Shown piece after piece: positions 1 through 15,205 of a stretch of 64,000 nucleotides of DNA (its first letter is position 1; each line of letters opens with the position of its first letter). Origin of the DNA: the human T2T-CHM13v2.0 reference genome, Homo sapiens; NCBI RefSeq assembly GCF_009914755.1, contig NC_060932.1; one strand, 5' to 3'. Under the pieces are notes generated by a model, which was not told where the DNA came from, made no database searches, and saw only the letters and a program-made list of their open reading frames with translations. Both the position numbers and the translations under genes were made by a program.

Positions 1-3732
<3,732 letters not shown>

Positions 3733-3795
3733 TTTGATGTTAGCTGGTTATTTTGCCTGTTAGTTGATGCAGTTTCTTCCTAGCATCGATGGTCT

Positions 3796-4824
3796 TTACA
3801 GTTTGGCATGTTTTTGCAGTGGCTGGTACCCGTTGTTTCTTTCCATGTTTAGTGCTTCCTCCAGGAGCTCTTGTAATGCAGGCTTGGTGGTGACAAAATC
3901 TCTCAGCATTTGCTTGTCTGTAAAGGATTTTATTTCTCCTTCACTTTTGAAGTTTAGTTTGTCTGGATATGAAATTCTAGGTTGAAAATTCTTTTCTTTA
4001 AGAATGTTGAATATTGGCCCCCACTCTCTTCTGGCTTGTAGAGTTTCTGCTGAGAAATCCACTGTTAGTCTGATGGGCTTCCCTTTGTGGGTAACCCAAC
4101 CTTTCTCTCTGGCTGCCCTTAACATTTTTTCCTTCATTTCAACCTTGGTGAATCTGACAATTATGTGGTGTCTTGGGGTTGCTCTTCTTGAGGAATATCT
4201 TTGTGGTGTTCTCTGTATTTCCTAAATTTGAATGTTGACCTGCCTTGCTAGGTTGGGGAAGTTCTCCTGGATAATATCCTGAAGAGTGTTTTCCAACTTG
4301 GTTCCATTCTCCCCATCACTTTCAGGTACCTAAATCAAACGTAGATTTGGTCTTTTCACATAGTCCCATATTTCTTGGAGGCTTTGTTCATTTCTTTTTA
4401 CTCTTTTTTCTCTAAACTTCTCTTCTTGTTTTGTTTCATTGATTTGATCTTCAATTACTGATACCCTTTCTTCCACTTGATCGAACCGGCTACTGAAGCT
4501 TGTGCATGCATCACGTTGTTCTCATGCTATGGTTTTCAGCTCCATCAGGTCATTTAAGGTCTTCTCTGCACTGTTTATTCTAGCTAGCCATCCATCTAAT
4601 CTTTTTTTCAAGGTTTTTAGCTTCCTTGCTATGGGTTTCAACATCCTCCTTTAGCTCGGAGAAGTTTGAAATTATCGACCTTCTAAGGCCTACTTGTGTC
4701 AACTTGTCAAGTCATTCTCCTTCCAGCTTTGTTTCGTTGCCAGCGAGGAGCTGCAATTCTTCAGAGGAGAAGAGGCACTCTGGTTTTTAGAATTTTCAGT
4801 TTTTCTGCTCTGGTTTCTCCCCAT
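3796..4824 (-). pseudogene. L1 ORF1 (RNA-binding protein), disrupted
   Basis: ATGGGGAGAAACCAGAGC start at 4824. C-terminal ORF 3796-4137 MKEKMLRAAREKG...ARREWGPIFNILKEKNFQPRISYP. The N-terminal part is not in one open frame. Confidence 0.93.
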
Positions 4825-5852
4825 CTTTGTGGTTTTATCTACCTTTGGTCTTTGATGTTGGTGACCTAGAGATGGGGTTTTGGTGTGGATGTCTTTTTTC
4901 TTGATGTTGGTGCTATTCCTTTCTGTTTGTTAGTTTTCCTTCTAACCATTTGGTCCCTCAACTGCAGGTCTGTTGGAGTTTGCTGGAGGTCCATTCCAGA
5001 CACTGTTTGCCCGGGTATTACCAGCGGAGGCTTCAGAACAGCAAATATTGCAGAACAGCAAACATTGCTGCCTGACCTTTCCTTTGGAAGCTTCGTCCCA
5101 GAGGGGCACCCACCTGTATGAGGTGTCAGTCAGCACCTACTGGGAGGTGTCTCCCAGATAGGCTACATGAGGGGTCAGGGACCCACTTGAGGAGGCAGTC
5201 TGACTGTTTGCAGAGCTCAAACACCATGCTGGGAGAACCACTCGTTTCTTCAGAGCTGTCAGACAGGGACATTTAAGTCTGCAGAAGTTTCTGTTGCCCT
5301 TTTTTCGGCTATGCCCTGCCCCCAGAGGTGGAGTCAACAGAGGCAGCAGGCCTTGGTGAGCTGCAGTGGGCTCCACCCAGTTCGAGCTTCCCAGGCTGCT
5401 TTGTTTACCTAATCAAGCCTCAGCAATGGTGGACAACCAGCCCCCTGCCAAGCTGCTGCCTTGCAGATTGATCTCAGACTGCTGCACTAGCAGTGAGCAA
5501 GGCTCTGTGGGTGTGGGACCTGCCGAGCTAGGTGCAGGATATAATCTCCTGGTGTGCCATTTGCTAAGATCATTGGAAAAGCCAGTATTCAGGTGAGAAT
5601 GTCCCATTTTTCCAGGTCATGGCTTCCCTTGGCTAGGAAAGGGAAATCTCCAACCCCTTGTGCTTCCCAGGTGAGGTGATGCTCTGCCCTGCTTCAGCTC
5701 GCCCTCCGTGGGCTGCACCCGCTTTCCAACCAGTTCCAGTGAGATGAACCAGGTACCTCAGTTGGAATTGCAGAAATCACCCATCTTCTGGGTCTATCAC
5801 GCTGGGAGCTGCAGACCGGAGCTGTTCCTATTCGGCCATCTTGGAGCAGACC
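4825..5852 (-). promoter_or_regulatory. L1 5'UTR internal sense promoter and antisense promoter region; YY1 site at 5834-5843
   Basis: GGCCATCTTG at 5834-5843 is CAAGATGGCC on the minus strand, the canonical L1 YY1 site. CpGs are largely decayed, so activity is unknown. Confidence 0.8.
5426..5596 (+). other. L1 ORF0 homolog (antisense ORF in 5'UTR), 56 aa, C-terminally frameshifted
   Basis: GCAATGG Kozak context. MVDNQPPAKLLPCRLISDCCTSSEQGSVGVGPAELGAGYNLLV resembles primate ORF0 (MAGAPPPASLPPCSLISDCCASNQRDSVGVGPSEPG..., recalled). Confidence 0.8.
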
Positions 5853-7854
5853 TTGAATAAGTATTTCTTTACTTTGTGCTTAAGTCTACATTATTATATT
5901 CCCCACCTGTTTGTCCAGTTCTGTTTAATAGCAATGCTTTACGGTTTTAGAGTATTTGACAGTTTCATCATGTGCTTTTACATCATCACATTAGGATTTA
6001 CTGAACTTTGTCATATGGTTTCCCTTGGCCACCTTCCGTTCTTCATTGGCCTTATAATAGATTAGAATTAGAAATAGAGATGACTTAAGGTGGTTACAGT
6101 AGGATTAAGTTGCAATTGTCAATCAAGGAGGAAACAAGGAATATTAAGCACAAAAGCACAGATATCTGAAGCCATTCAGTGTGGGGGAAAGGAGCAAGCA
6201 TCTAAATGTTAATTACACTATTATACTTCTGTATAATATAATTGATGTGCATAATGATGACCCTACTTATTCAAAAAAGCCATTAAAGTATATAGATATT
6301 CTGTTTTCTAAAGCAGAAACTTTTTAAAAGCTAAGATTGAGCAACAAAATATGTTTTATGAGTAGACTTGGAGGTAAAAATCCAGTACAGTCCAGTACAG
6401 AAGGCAGAAAAGTAGAATTTTTCTTGGTGTGGTAGTGGAGATAAAGACTCTAACTACACCCATCTAACTTGATAAAGACCTAATTTGACATCCCTGTTGC
6501 ACAGGAAGTGTCATCCGGAACCTTAGAAAATGATGCAGAGCAAAGCATAAGATTAATTTTATTTTCAGAAAATAAACATCAAAATATTTAAAATACAGTT
6601 TGGTGTATTAAGGGGTATATTATCTGGGGAAAAATCTCTCCTACAGAAAATTGTAGTCCTTCACAATTTTGGATAAATAAGGTTTAACTCCTTTTTTAAA
6701 AGTAGGAAATTTTCTCAAATGTCATTTTTAATTATTATAGAACAATTTTACTGACATTCACAGAAGCATAACTTTCATGGGAGAACCTCAAATAAAATTC
6801 CTTTATTCCCACCTCATAAAACATTCTTCCTGTGCAAAGTATATCCCTATCTAAGAAGTATGCATTACCGGTCTCTTGAAACACATTGTCAGCTAATATC
6901 AGAACATTTTGCCCTAGTTACTAGCTTTTAAATGTCTTCTTTGTTCATGAACTTAAAAGCAGGTCTAATAAATATGAGTTTTCAAGCAAAGAACAAAGAA
7001 TTAAGTAGTAAACTAGGAATTACAAATTAAAATTAAGGGTGATATCGGTATAGACAAAAAGAAAAATTAATTGATTGATAAAGATCCTCAGGGCTTCCAA
7101 AGAACTCCAGTCAGTCAGCATGACACACATACAAGTTTTACAAACATAATTTCTTTTTTTTATTACCTAGGAACATTAGGATTTACTTTCTTGACTGTAA
7201 TAATTGTGTGCAGTTAATTACAAATGAAACAAAAGTGTTGGTAATATTAGAGGCTTGTACTCTGCATAAAACTGGAAATTACTGCTATTACTCTTGGTTG
7301 CTAGAGAATATTAGGTCATAGATGCTAATTAGCAGTTCATAGCCCTCCTACAGGGGGGAAATCTCATTACCATATGAAACTGTGTTGGTTGCCAAACCCA
7401 ACACTCACAGCACTCTGACCATTTTTGTTTGAACAATTATAAGGTATGATAAAACTAAAGATCAGCTTTGCTGTGTGTGAGCAGGACCATGAAGGCTAAT
7501 ATACACAGTCTCATATTTGCTCACTAGTTTAAGAAAAACAGCCATATTACACTTTGAGCCACACAGTCGGTGTGTGGGAACTGATTAAAAACAAAAAGAC
7601 AGAAGTTTTCATCATTACAAAGCACAAACAACAGCATCTCCCACTAAAAATATGCTCTCAAAACAACAAAAAAAGAAGAAACAAAAGTATTGTGGGATGG
7701 GAGAGAAATTGAAATGGTTCTAGGACCTCTCTAATAGTTAATTTATTATATAGGTTCATATATATGCATACACACACTCACACACATGACCAGCCCTGAC
7801 TCTATCTATATTTGTATTTATACAAATACATATAGCTTATGTATCTATATCAGG

Positions 7855-7884
7855 TAGATAGATAGATGATAGATAGATGATAGA
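7855..7884. repeat. Imperfect (GATA)n microsatellite
   Basis: tagatagatagatgatagatagatgataga. Confidence 0.8.
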
Positions 7885-9239
7885 GTCTTTTTAACATAGT
7901 CCAATACTTTAAAAAGATGATATTTCTTTGGCTTATTTTGGTACTTTGTTTTTTTTAAAGAGAATTTAGAAGCTATAATTTATTACAGTATTTCCATTTA
8001 TTCCAATGTACATGTACTTTTATTGACACACAATCATTTGAAGAAAGGTATTGTAAGAAGGAGGAACATATTAAAACTACAACCTGAATTTAGTTATTTC
8101 TACTATAGCAAGAGAAATTAGATAATGCATAAATCCTGGCTTCTTAGTCAAATTAGGTTTTATATTGAAATATAAACTACATTTGTAGTGAAAAAGAATA
8201 TTAAATTCTTTATATTTATATCCTGGGATACACATGGCCATGCACAACAATATATATACACAAACACTAGTGGCTGAAGAAGTGTCCTTAATGAGTGAGA
8301 CAAGAAACTTAGGAATAAATCAGAGCCACAGGAATATACAGATTCTTTATTTCTAAAAAGGTACGTTCATTTCTGGTCAGTGTAATGACATGCCCCACTT
8401 TTAATTGGCTTCTTTTCTCTTCCCAGAAATGGTATATCCATTTTCACCTGTGGAAGTAAAAGTAATTAAAGGAGCAATAACTTGTAAAAATTGGAAGAGT
8501 AAATCTTTCTCCTCTGTATTGTATCAAAGGTTCCACGTGCTATAAAATGCCTTTGCCCTCCTCCTAAGCTCTTGCCAAGGCTTAAACATAGTCTAGAATC
8601 CAATATAAATGGACTCTGAGTTCATTCCACAAAGGAGAGAAAGAATTGGGGCTCTGGTGAGAATTAGTGAGGAAGACAAACCAACTCTGTCCTGAATCAG
8701 CAGGAGACAAGAGATGGGAGGAAGGAGAAAGCTAGCAGCATCTTGTTTTAATTTACACACTTCAACCTTATGAGAAGAGAATTATCTTCTTGGATGTCTT
8801 GAACTGAATCAAATCTCTGTTATGTGCGTCTTACTGCCAAATATTCTGACCCATCGTCCCCATGAAAGCACTTTAGATTGTGCTACAACTTCTGCTTGAA
8901 AATATGCTGCTGCTGAGATGGCTTGTGGCCATCAGCTATGGGCACCTGCCAGGAGAATATGGGAATGTCAGTATTTCATTTCGTTTTATTTCATAGTAAT
9001 ACATGTCAATTGAAAAAAATCATTAGAAAATTCAGTAGGGGAAAATATCTCAATTTCTATAACAGAAATAATTTTATATTTTGTTAACATTTTGTTCTGT
9101 GTTTGCCTGCCTCTACGTATCTGTCTGTCTATAAACAACTATTGCAACAGCTTATATTTGTAATTTGTTTTTTACAGTATTTTCAAACTTTGGTCCTCAC
9201 AAAAATGTGGGGCGTAAGAATCCTATACAATTGTATGCT

Positions 9240-9274
9240 TGTGTGTGTATGTGTGTGTGTGTGTGTGTGTGTGT
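9240..9274. repeat. (TG)n microsatellite
   Basis: Directly visible, one interruption. Confidence 0.95.
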
Positions 9275-12200
9275 TATTTATCATCCTACTCTAACAATTG
9301 TCCCACCTGTTCCATCAAAAGCAAAGGTTAATTACATTTCTGTGGAGCTATCCAGCAGAAGGCTACTTTTCTCTCACTAAATTACAGCAAGAGTAAATTA
9401 GAGGTTTTCAGAACTTCAGAGTTTTGATTGATGAATTCATTAATTCACCTTTTCAAAGGAAGTGCTCATGTTTTAAATATTTTATGTACAATTTGCATGT
9501 TGGCATTTTTAAGAGCTTTTATAAAAATTAGACAGTGCTTAAGAGAAAAGTCAAACTTATCACTTGGAGCCCGGATGCCTTTGTAATGCACAGAGCAAGA
9601 GGCAGGGTTAAGTCTTCCTTGTCTTTCTCTCCCCTGAAAATTAGTCTGTCCTGGGCAGCTCCTTCAGCTGCTTGTATTGTTCCTTTAAATATGGTTAAAC
9701 AGATATTAGAGTTCCATTACCCAAAGTGAGATTCTCTTTGCCTCAGGGTAGATATGGACACTATCCAACAGAGGTTTGGCTTTTATTTCACCTTGCATAT
9801 CTACATTAGCAAATACATGAAAATGGCATTTCTATTGTCCAAATGAAACCTTTCCATCCAAGTTTTATGCACTTTAATATATTCTACATCCAGTCATTGA
9901 TGCACAGGTATCTCTCTACACTTGCAAGACAACCATAGGTGCCTGTGAACTCTGCTTCTGACAGATAGTCTTGCAGTCATTGAACTAATTATCTCTGATT
10001 TAAGGAAACATGAATCATTTATATACACATAATGTGACATCAGATAAATAGTAAAAGAAGTAGTAGAAACTGGATGTAATAATCAGTGCCATTGTTTTTT
10101 TCTCTCACTAAAGCTTCCAATGTAATACTCTATGCCCCCTCAACACCCCCAATACCTTTTAACTTATTTGGGCTACTTTTGAGAATTCATGAAAAAACAA
10201 AGCAATTACAAAAGATTTGTTCAGTTTTTTCCTCAGTTGACCAGAGTTAACCCTGATTTTTAAAAAAATAGAGATAGAGCAAAAGAAAGGTGGGCAATCA
10301 ACATGATTCGTTGATGGTGTGCAAAATTACCATTTAGTCTTCCATCTAAGATCAGATGGGGTAGACAGAAATGGGTATGCAGATACACATCCTGGCACAA
10401 ATTCCAAGACAAGTCATATAAAACAGATTTTATTTAAAAACATCTTACAAATAAAAGAGGAGTCTTATTTTAATCCCCTACCTGATTAATGCAACCGCAA
10501 CCCAAATTGGTTCACACATGCAGAATATTAAGCAGGGATCAAGTGTAACGACTTAGGTTTTCAGGACATTGAAGAAAGAACTGTTAATGTTTATGGAGTT
10601 TCATCCTTATTAAAATCTGAGGCAATATTTATGCCTTTCTCTGTTGGTGAGTCCATCCTATTGCTGCACACAACGGTGTGTTCTTGGCCTCATTCTCAGT
10701 CCTTAATTTGTACTTGAAAAATATGTACATGTTGAGCCAGAAGCTTGCAGTGCCTAAGGTAACTCTCTAATAAATTAGGCACTTGAGAAAACAGAATTAA
10801 CCCCTTCACCAAGAGTTCTGCATAGAGACCCACTTCGCTTTACATAATGCATTGTCTGAAAATTTAACTCGACCAAAAAGGTAATTAGAATTTACTGTAA
10901 TTTTACATACAGCATAACATTTTTAATGTTTACGAAACTGCTTTTATTTATAAAAACTTTTTTTTTCCAAATAATTTTCTAGGAATTTGTCTACTGGGCA
11001 AAGCTACATACTTATAAAATGAAAAATATCTGTCCTGGGGAGAAAAATCAACTATGTTTCCCAAACGTGCCCCATACTGTTTTTAATCCACAACATTAAT
11101 ATAATTCACACCTGAGGCATTAGAAGGCTAATCATTAATTGCAAAAGGAGTGTTTAAAGCAAAGTTCTATGTGTCTTATCGATATGCCTATTTTATTTTA
11201 ATTAAGAAAAACTAAATTATTGGGTTATTGAAAGTGCTGCATTTCTACTTTTCTTTTAAAGGTTGAAGATAGTCCATCCTTTCCTTCATGTTCTCTCTTT
11301 AATTCAAATGACTGAATGTTCTTTGAAAATATTGGCTTCACGTGCAACTAATCTAAGTTGTTTATAACCTTAGTGTGTTTGAGTCACACTTTTAATACTT
11401 AAATGTTTGGCAGAATACTTGAAGAGCTAAAAGACTCAAAACAACACTGAACAAATCAGTAATAATTACAATACAATTATAATTACAGAACAACAACATA
11501 GCAGAATGTCTCTACAAGCATTCTAATTGCACACTTCACTTGGTTACCCTTTTGCACCATGCTGAGTTTTTCAGTAGGGCCATCTCTAACCCCAATCCCT
11601 TTAAAATACTCATGAAGCAAAGTTCTTTCGTGTTCCAGCAAATTTGCAGCAAGTTATATATATCACTCTATCTCTTCAACCTTCTGATGGAAACTTCTAC
11701 AATTACTATATCAACATAGGTATAGTAAAGAAAAGCTTTGCCCATTGAGCTCAATCTGATGTTTACATTAGAAATGTTGTGGGAATAAACATTGTGTCTT
11801 AGGAATCTAAGTGACTCTCTGACCTAGTCAACCTCTTGAGAAACCTCAAAATTCTTAACTTCTGAATGAGCATATTTACCTTACACAGTCACAAGCCTTC
11901 TTCTCTGCTGGGTTGGGTGAAGACAGTGGGTGAGAATTCAATCCTGTAAAGAATTTCATGAGATGTTGAAATTTCGGCAGATAACTTTTTCACTGGACAA
12001 AATCTTGCCACTCGGTCATCCTTCCCTGTTTCTATGTTATATACCACCACCCTGCTTTCTCCTTTATGTCAAGTTTTTATTCCTTATAGCACTTTTATAG
12101 GCTAATAATCATGTGTTGTATTTATTCTCACATGTTCCTTTTTAAACTAAGTCTAATTTGTCCTTCTTTTGTTGTCATGAACATCTGCCCCCTCACAGAC

Positions 12201-12849
12201 TGTTGAACCCATGTAAAATAAGATCATTTGCCAGGTGCAAGTAAACTTGTGCTCCCACATCCCCTGCAAAAAGAAAGTCTTTTTTCCAAATTTCTTCAAT
12301 ATTATGGTTACCAAACATAGTCACATTAAAAATATCAGTTCAAGGATGACATAATAGCAAGATTTTGAAGACCATTTTTTACGGTAGGTGCATGCATTTT
12401 TCATATCTTGGAGTTTCCTTTCTGTTCAGCATAAAACTGAATATTCTTTGGTGTAAGAATATAAACCAGACTTACATGTGTCACCAAATTAAACATTCAC
12501 TGCTCAATTCTGAATTTGCTAAGAGAGGAAATTTTAGCCTAGAATCATAACACACAAGTTAACAAATTCAACTTGCATCTCAGTAAATACTTCTTGTGTC
12601 ACAGACATGATATGATGCATTTCTAAGAAGCAAATGTAAAGGGAAATTATAGTTTAAAAATCAGTGTTTCAAATATGTGAAATTTAAAATTGGAAACATT
12701 TAACAACCATCCATTTAGGATAGTTTCAATGGTCTTTGGATTTAGTTTTACCAATAGAAAAAAAAGTTGTGGTAAAAAATTCTCAAGGTTAGAAACATAC
12801 CTTGGCATGACAACACAAGGCAAAATATATAACGTTATCTACAGCTTCT

Positions 12850-13010
12850 GAATTTTAAGCCCAACAATGACATGTACATGTTACTATGGGTAAGTCACTT
12901 TACCAGTCAAAATTTGCTCTTTCCATCGCTAAATTGTGGTGATGAAACCCAAATGTCCACCCACATTTCAGAGGATCAAAGTGACTTAATGCACATGAAT
13001 AGGCCTTAAA
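12850..13010 (+). mobile_element. MIR SINE remnant, highly diverged
   Basis: gggtaagtcacttt...ttccatcgctaaattg...gaggatcaaagtgacttaatgcacatgaa resembles the MIR core. Confidence 0.45.
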
Positions 13011-13451
13011 ATCACAATCAGCATGCAAATACAAACGATTACTATTATTCAGCAATAAAATTAATGCATATCAAAAAATACTCATGTGGGGTTGTATTTC
13101 AATATACCAATTCTGTTAAAATACAGATTCCTTTTAAAGTCATAGCTTGGACACATTTATTGGGGCTTCATTTTATTTGATAGCATTGCCCTTTCACAAC
13201 ATTGTGAAATGTTTTATTCACTTGAATTAGTTTTGAAACAGTTAAGTGTTCATTAAAAGAAACAAAATATGCCTGAAAATATATACATGTATCTACCTAT
13301 GTTTGCATACATTTAAAATACACCGTTTTCAAAACTTACTACATTCAAAATTTGGGGTTTGTAGCTACAACTTCTGTAGTTCTGAATAGTAATATAAATT
13401 ATTGTTTTGCCTTTTATATAATTGATAATTCTAAATACTAGAAACAAAACT

Positions 13452-14073
13452 ATAGTCGAATTTTATTATTTGCTGTAGATATGTGTTTTATAAAGTCACT
13501 GGCAACACTGAATTGGCAAATACGGAACCATTGCTTCTAGGGGAAATAGGTTAGATTTCATCAACCCATGAATACGTAACCTTGTTTTATGTGTCTTTCT
13601 GTTTAAATAACCCTTATTTAATATCTATTGTTGATTCATTAACTCATGCCTGAACGAAGCTTATCTAACACACACATTTTCTCCGTGAGGCACATTGTCG
13701 CAACCTTCTTGCGCTTAAAAACAATAGACAATACTTCAGCACTATACATGAGGGCCATTTTAAACTGTAAAACCCCCACCACAAACACAAAATTACAAAA
13801 AAAAAAAGTGGCACAAAATAGACTGTGAAGAGGACAGTGGTACACAGTATGAGAACTGAAGCAAGAGGGCAGAGCTTTGTCTTGCTCTGCTTCAGCTGGG
13901 AAGGGGCACAAAGGTTGAGTCCAGTTTTTCACCACTCTGCACAAATCTGCAAAAGCACCATGAGTATCATTACGAATAAATTTTGTAAGTAAATTATAGA
14001 TAAATTTTACAAATAAAGTTACAAATAAATTTTAAAGAGTAGCCAAATTTGAAATCTTCAAATGAAGATTGAA
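13452..14073 (+). mobile_element. MER82 (TcMar-Tigger DNA transposon derivative)
   Basis: Collinear with recalled MER82 consensus (aacactgaattggcaaatacggaaccattgc; actcatgcctgaacgaagcttatctaacacac; cttcagctgggaa). Minus ORF KRKKVATMCLTEKMCVLDKLRSGMS resembles a Tigger transposase N-terminal HTH. Confidence 0.88.
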
Positions 14074-14126
14074 TATATCTTCTAAGAAGTTCACAGGATT
14101 CTGAGGTTGAACAAAATTAGCGACTT

Positions 14127-14199
14127 ATTGGTTCATCCTGTGTGAACCAATTGGTTCACACCAATTGGTTCACACCAATTGGTTCATCCTGTGTGAACC
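14127..14199. repeat. Compound direct/inverted repeat: 22-bp direct repeats flanking a 14-bp tandem unit, with a perfect 22-bp palindrome
   Basis: attggttcatcctgtgtgaacc at 14127-14148 and 14178-14199; ccaattggttcaca x2.9 from 14147; palindrome gtgtgaaccaattggttcacac at 14140-14161. Confidence 0.95.
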
Positions 14200-15039
14200 T
14201 GCTCTTTGGTAGGGAGCATCGAATACGCTGGAAGCAGAGCTGTAAAGTCAGTACTCACCACTTAAGATTTAGTGTCTGTTTTTCCCCGTAAGTCTCTCAT
14301 TTAAAGAGCTATCCTGCAAATGTGTTTGTTTACAAATTCTTTTGTGGAACAGGTTAGATGACTATTATTATTTATTTATAATTTAGGACATCTGGGAGCA
14401 AGTTTGTGTAAACAAATTCCTTTTGCTTCCTCTCCTTCTACCACAATTCTCCAAAGCTATCATAGTTTATCATCTGTAGCTCAATAGGATAGAGGGTCTC
14501 AGTGGAATGGTGCTGACCTGAGGAGCATTTGCTTTCCCAGTCAAGCCATTGCCATGGCCTTTTAAAGATAAATCTGACTCACTCTGGCTTTCATCCTGGT
14601 AAACCACTGTCATTACAAAGGAAAAGTTCCTTTTTACCTTGTAGGTTATGTTTCTCTTAATTTCCTACCATCACTTCTGAGAAGAATTCTCAGTACGTGA
14701 GTGGGTTTGGTACGTGTGCAAAGACGACGGCCAGGTTTCAGTCATCTGTGCAGAGTTCGGGCTACTTCATCCATTTCCTCTCCAATACCTCATCAGTGAA
14801 GGAAGAGGACAAGCTGGCCTCAAAGGTGGAGCTGACTCTTTCTGCATCTTATGACAGGTTCTATTCATTAAAAAGCCTGCTAGAGCCATCATTGTTTATA
14901 CCTGTTTCTAAGATTGCTGCTTTAGCATTTTATGAGTTGATCTCCAGTGTTCCAGAAATAATATTCCACAGCATGTTTGTTCACTAGATTCTAGTAGATA
15001 TTCTAATGCAATTAAAAAAAAAAACGCTGGGAGTAGGGA

Positions 15040-15205
15040 CGCTGGGATTTAAGTTCTGCTGCTGCAAGCTGTATAAAGCTGGGTAGGCCACTTAATCTCC
15101 TGGGCTTTATTTTCCATATCTGTTAAATAGAGACAGTAATAGCTACTTCAAAGGGTAAATATAAGAATCTAATGAGATAATAAATGCGAAAGTGTTTTAT
15201 AAACA
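15040..15205 (+). mobile_element. MIR SINE
   Basis: gggtaggccacttaatctcctgggctttattttccatatctgttaaatagag...aatgagataataaatgcgaaagtg matches the MIR core. Confidence 0.8.

Noticed and set aside
6381-6400. 10-bp duplication tccagtacag x2 (also an 11-bp one near 35490)
   Set aside because: Real but ordinary slippage-size events with nothing further to suggest significance.
14127-14199. CRISPR-like reading of the palindromic repeats (also 46697-46750)
   Set aside because: No unique constant-length spacers, no cas genes, and primate genomic context.
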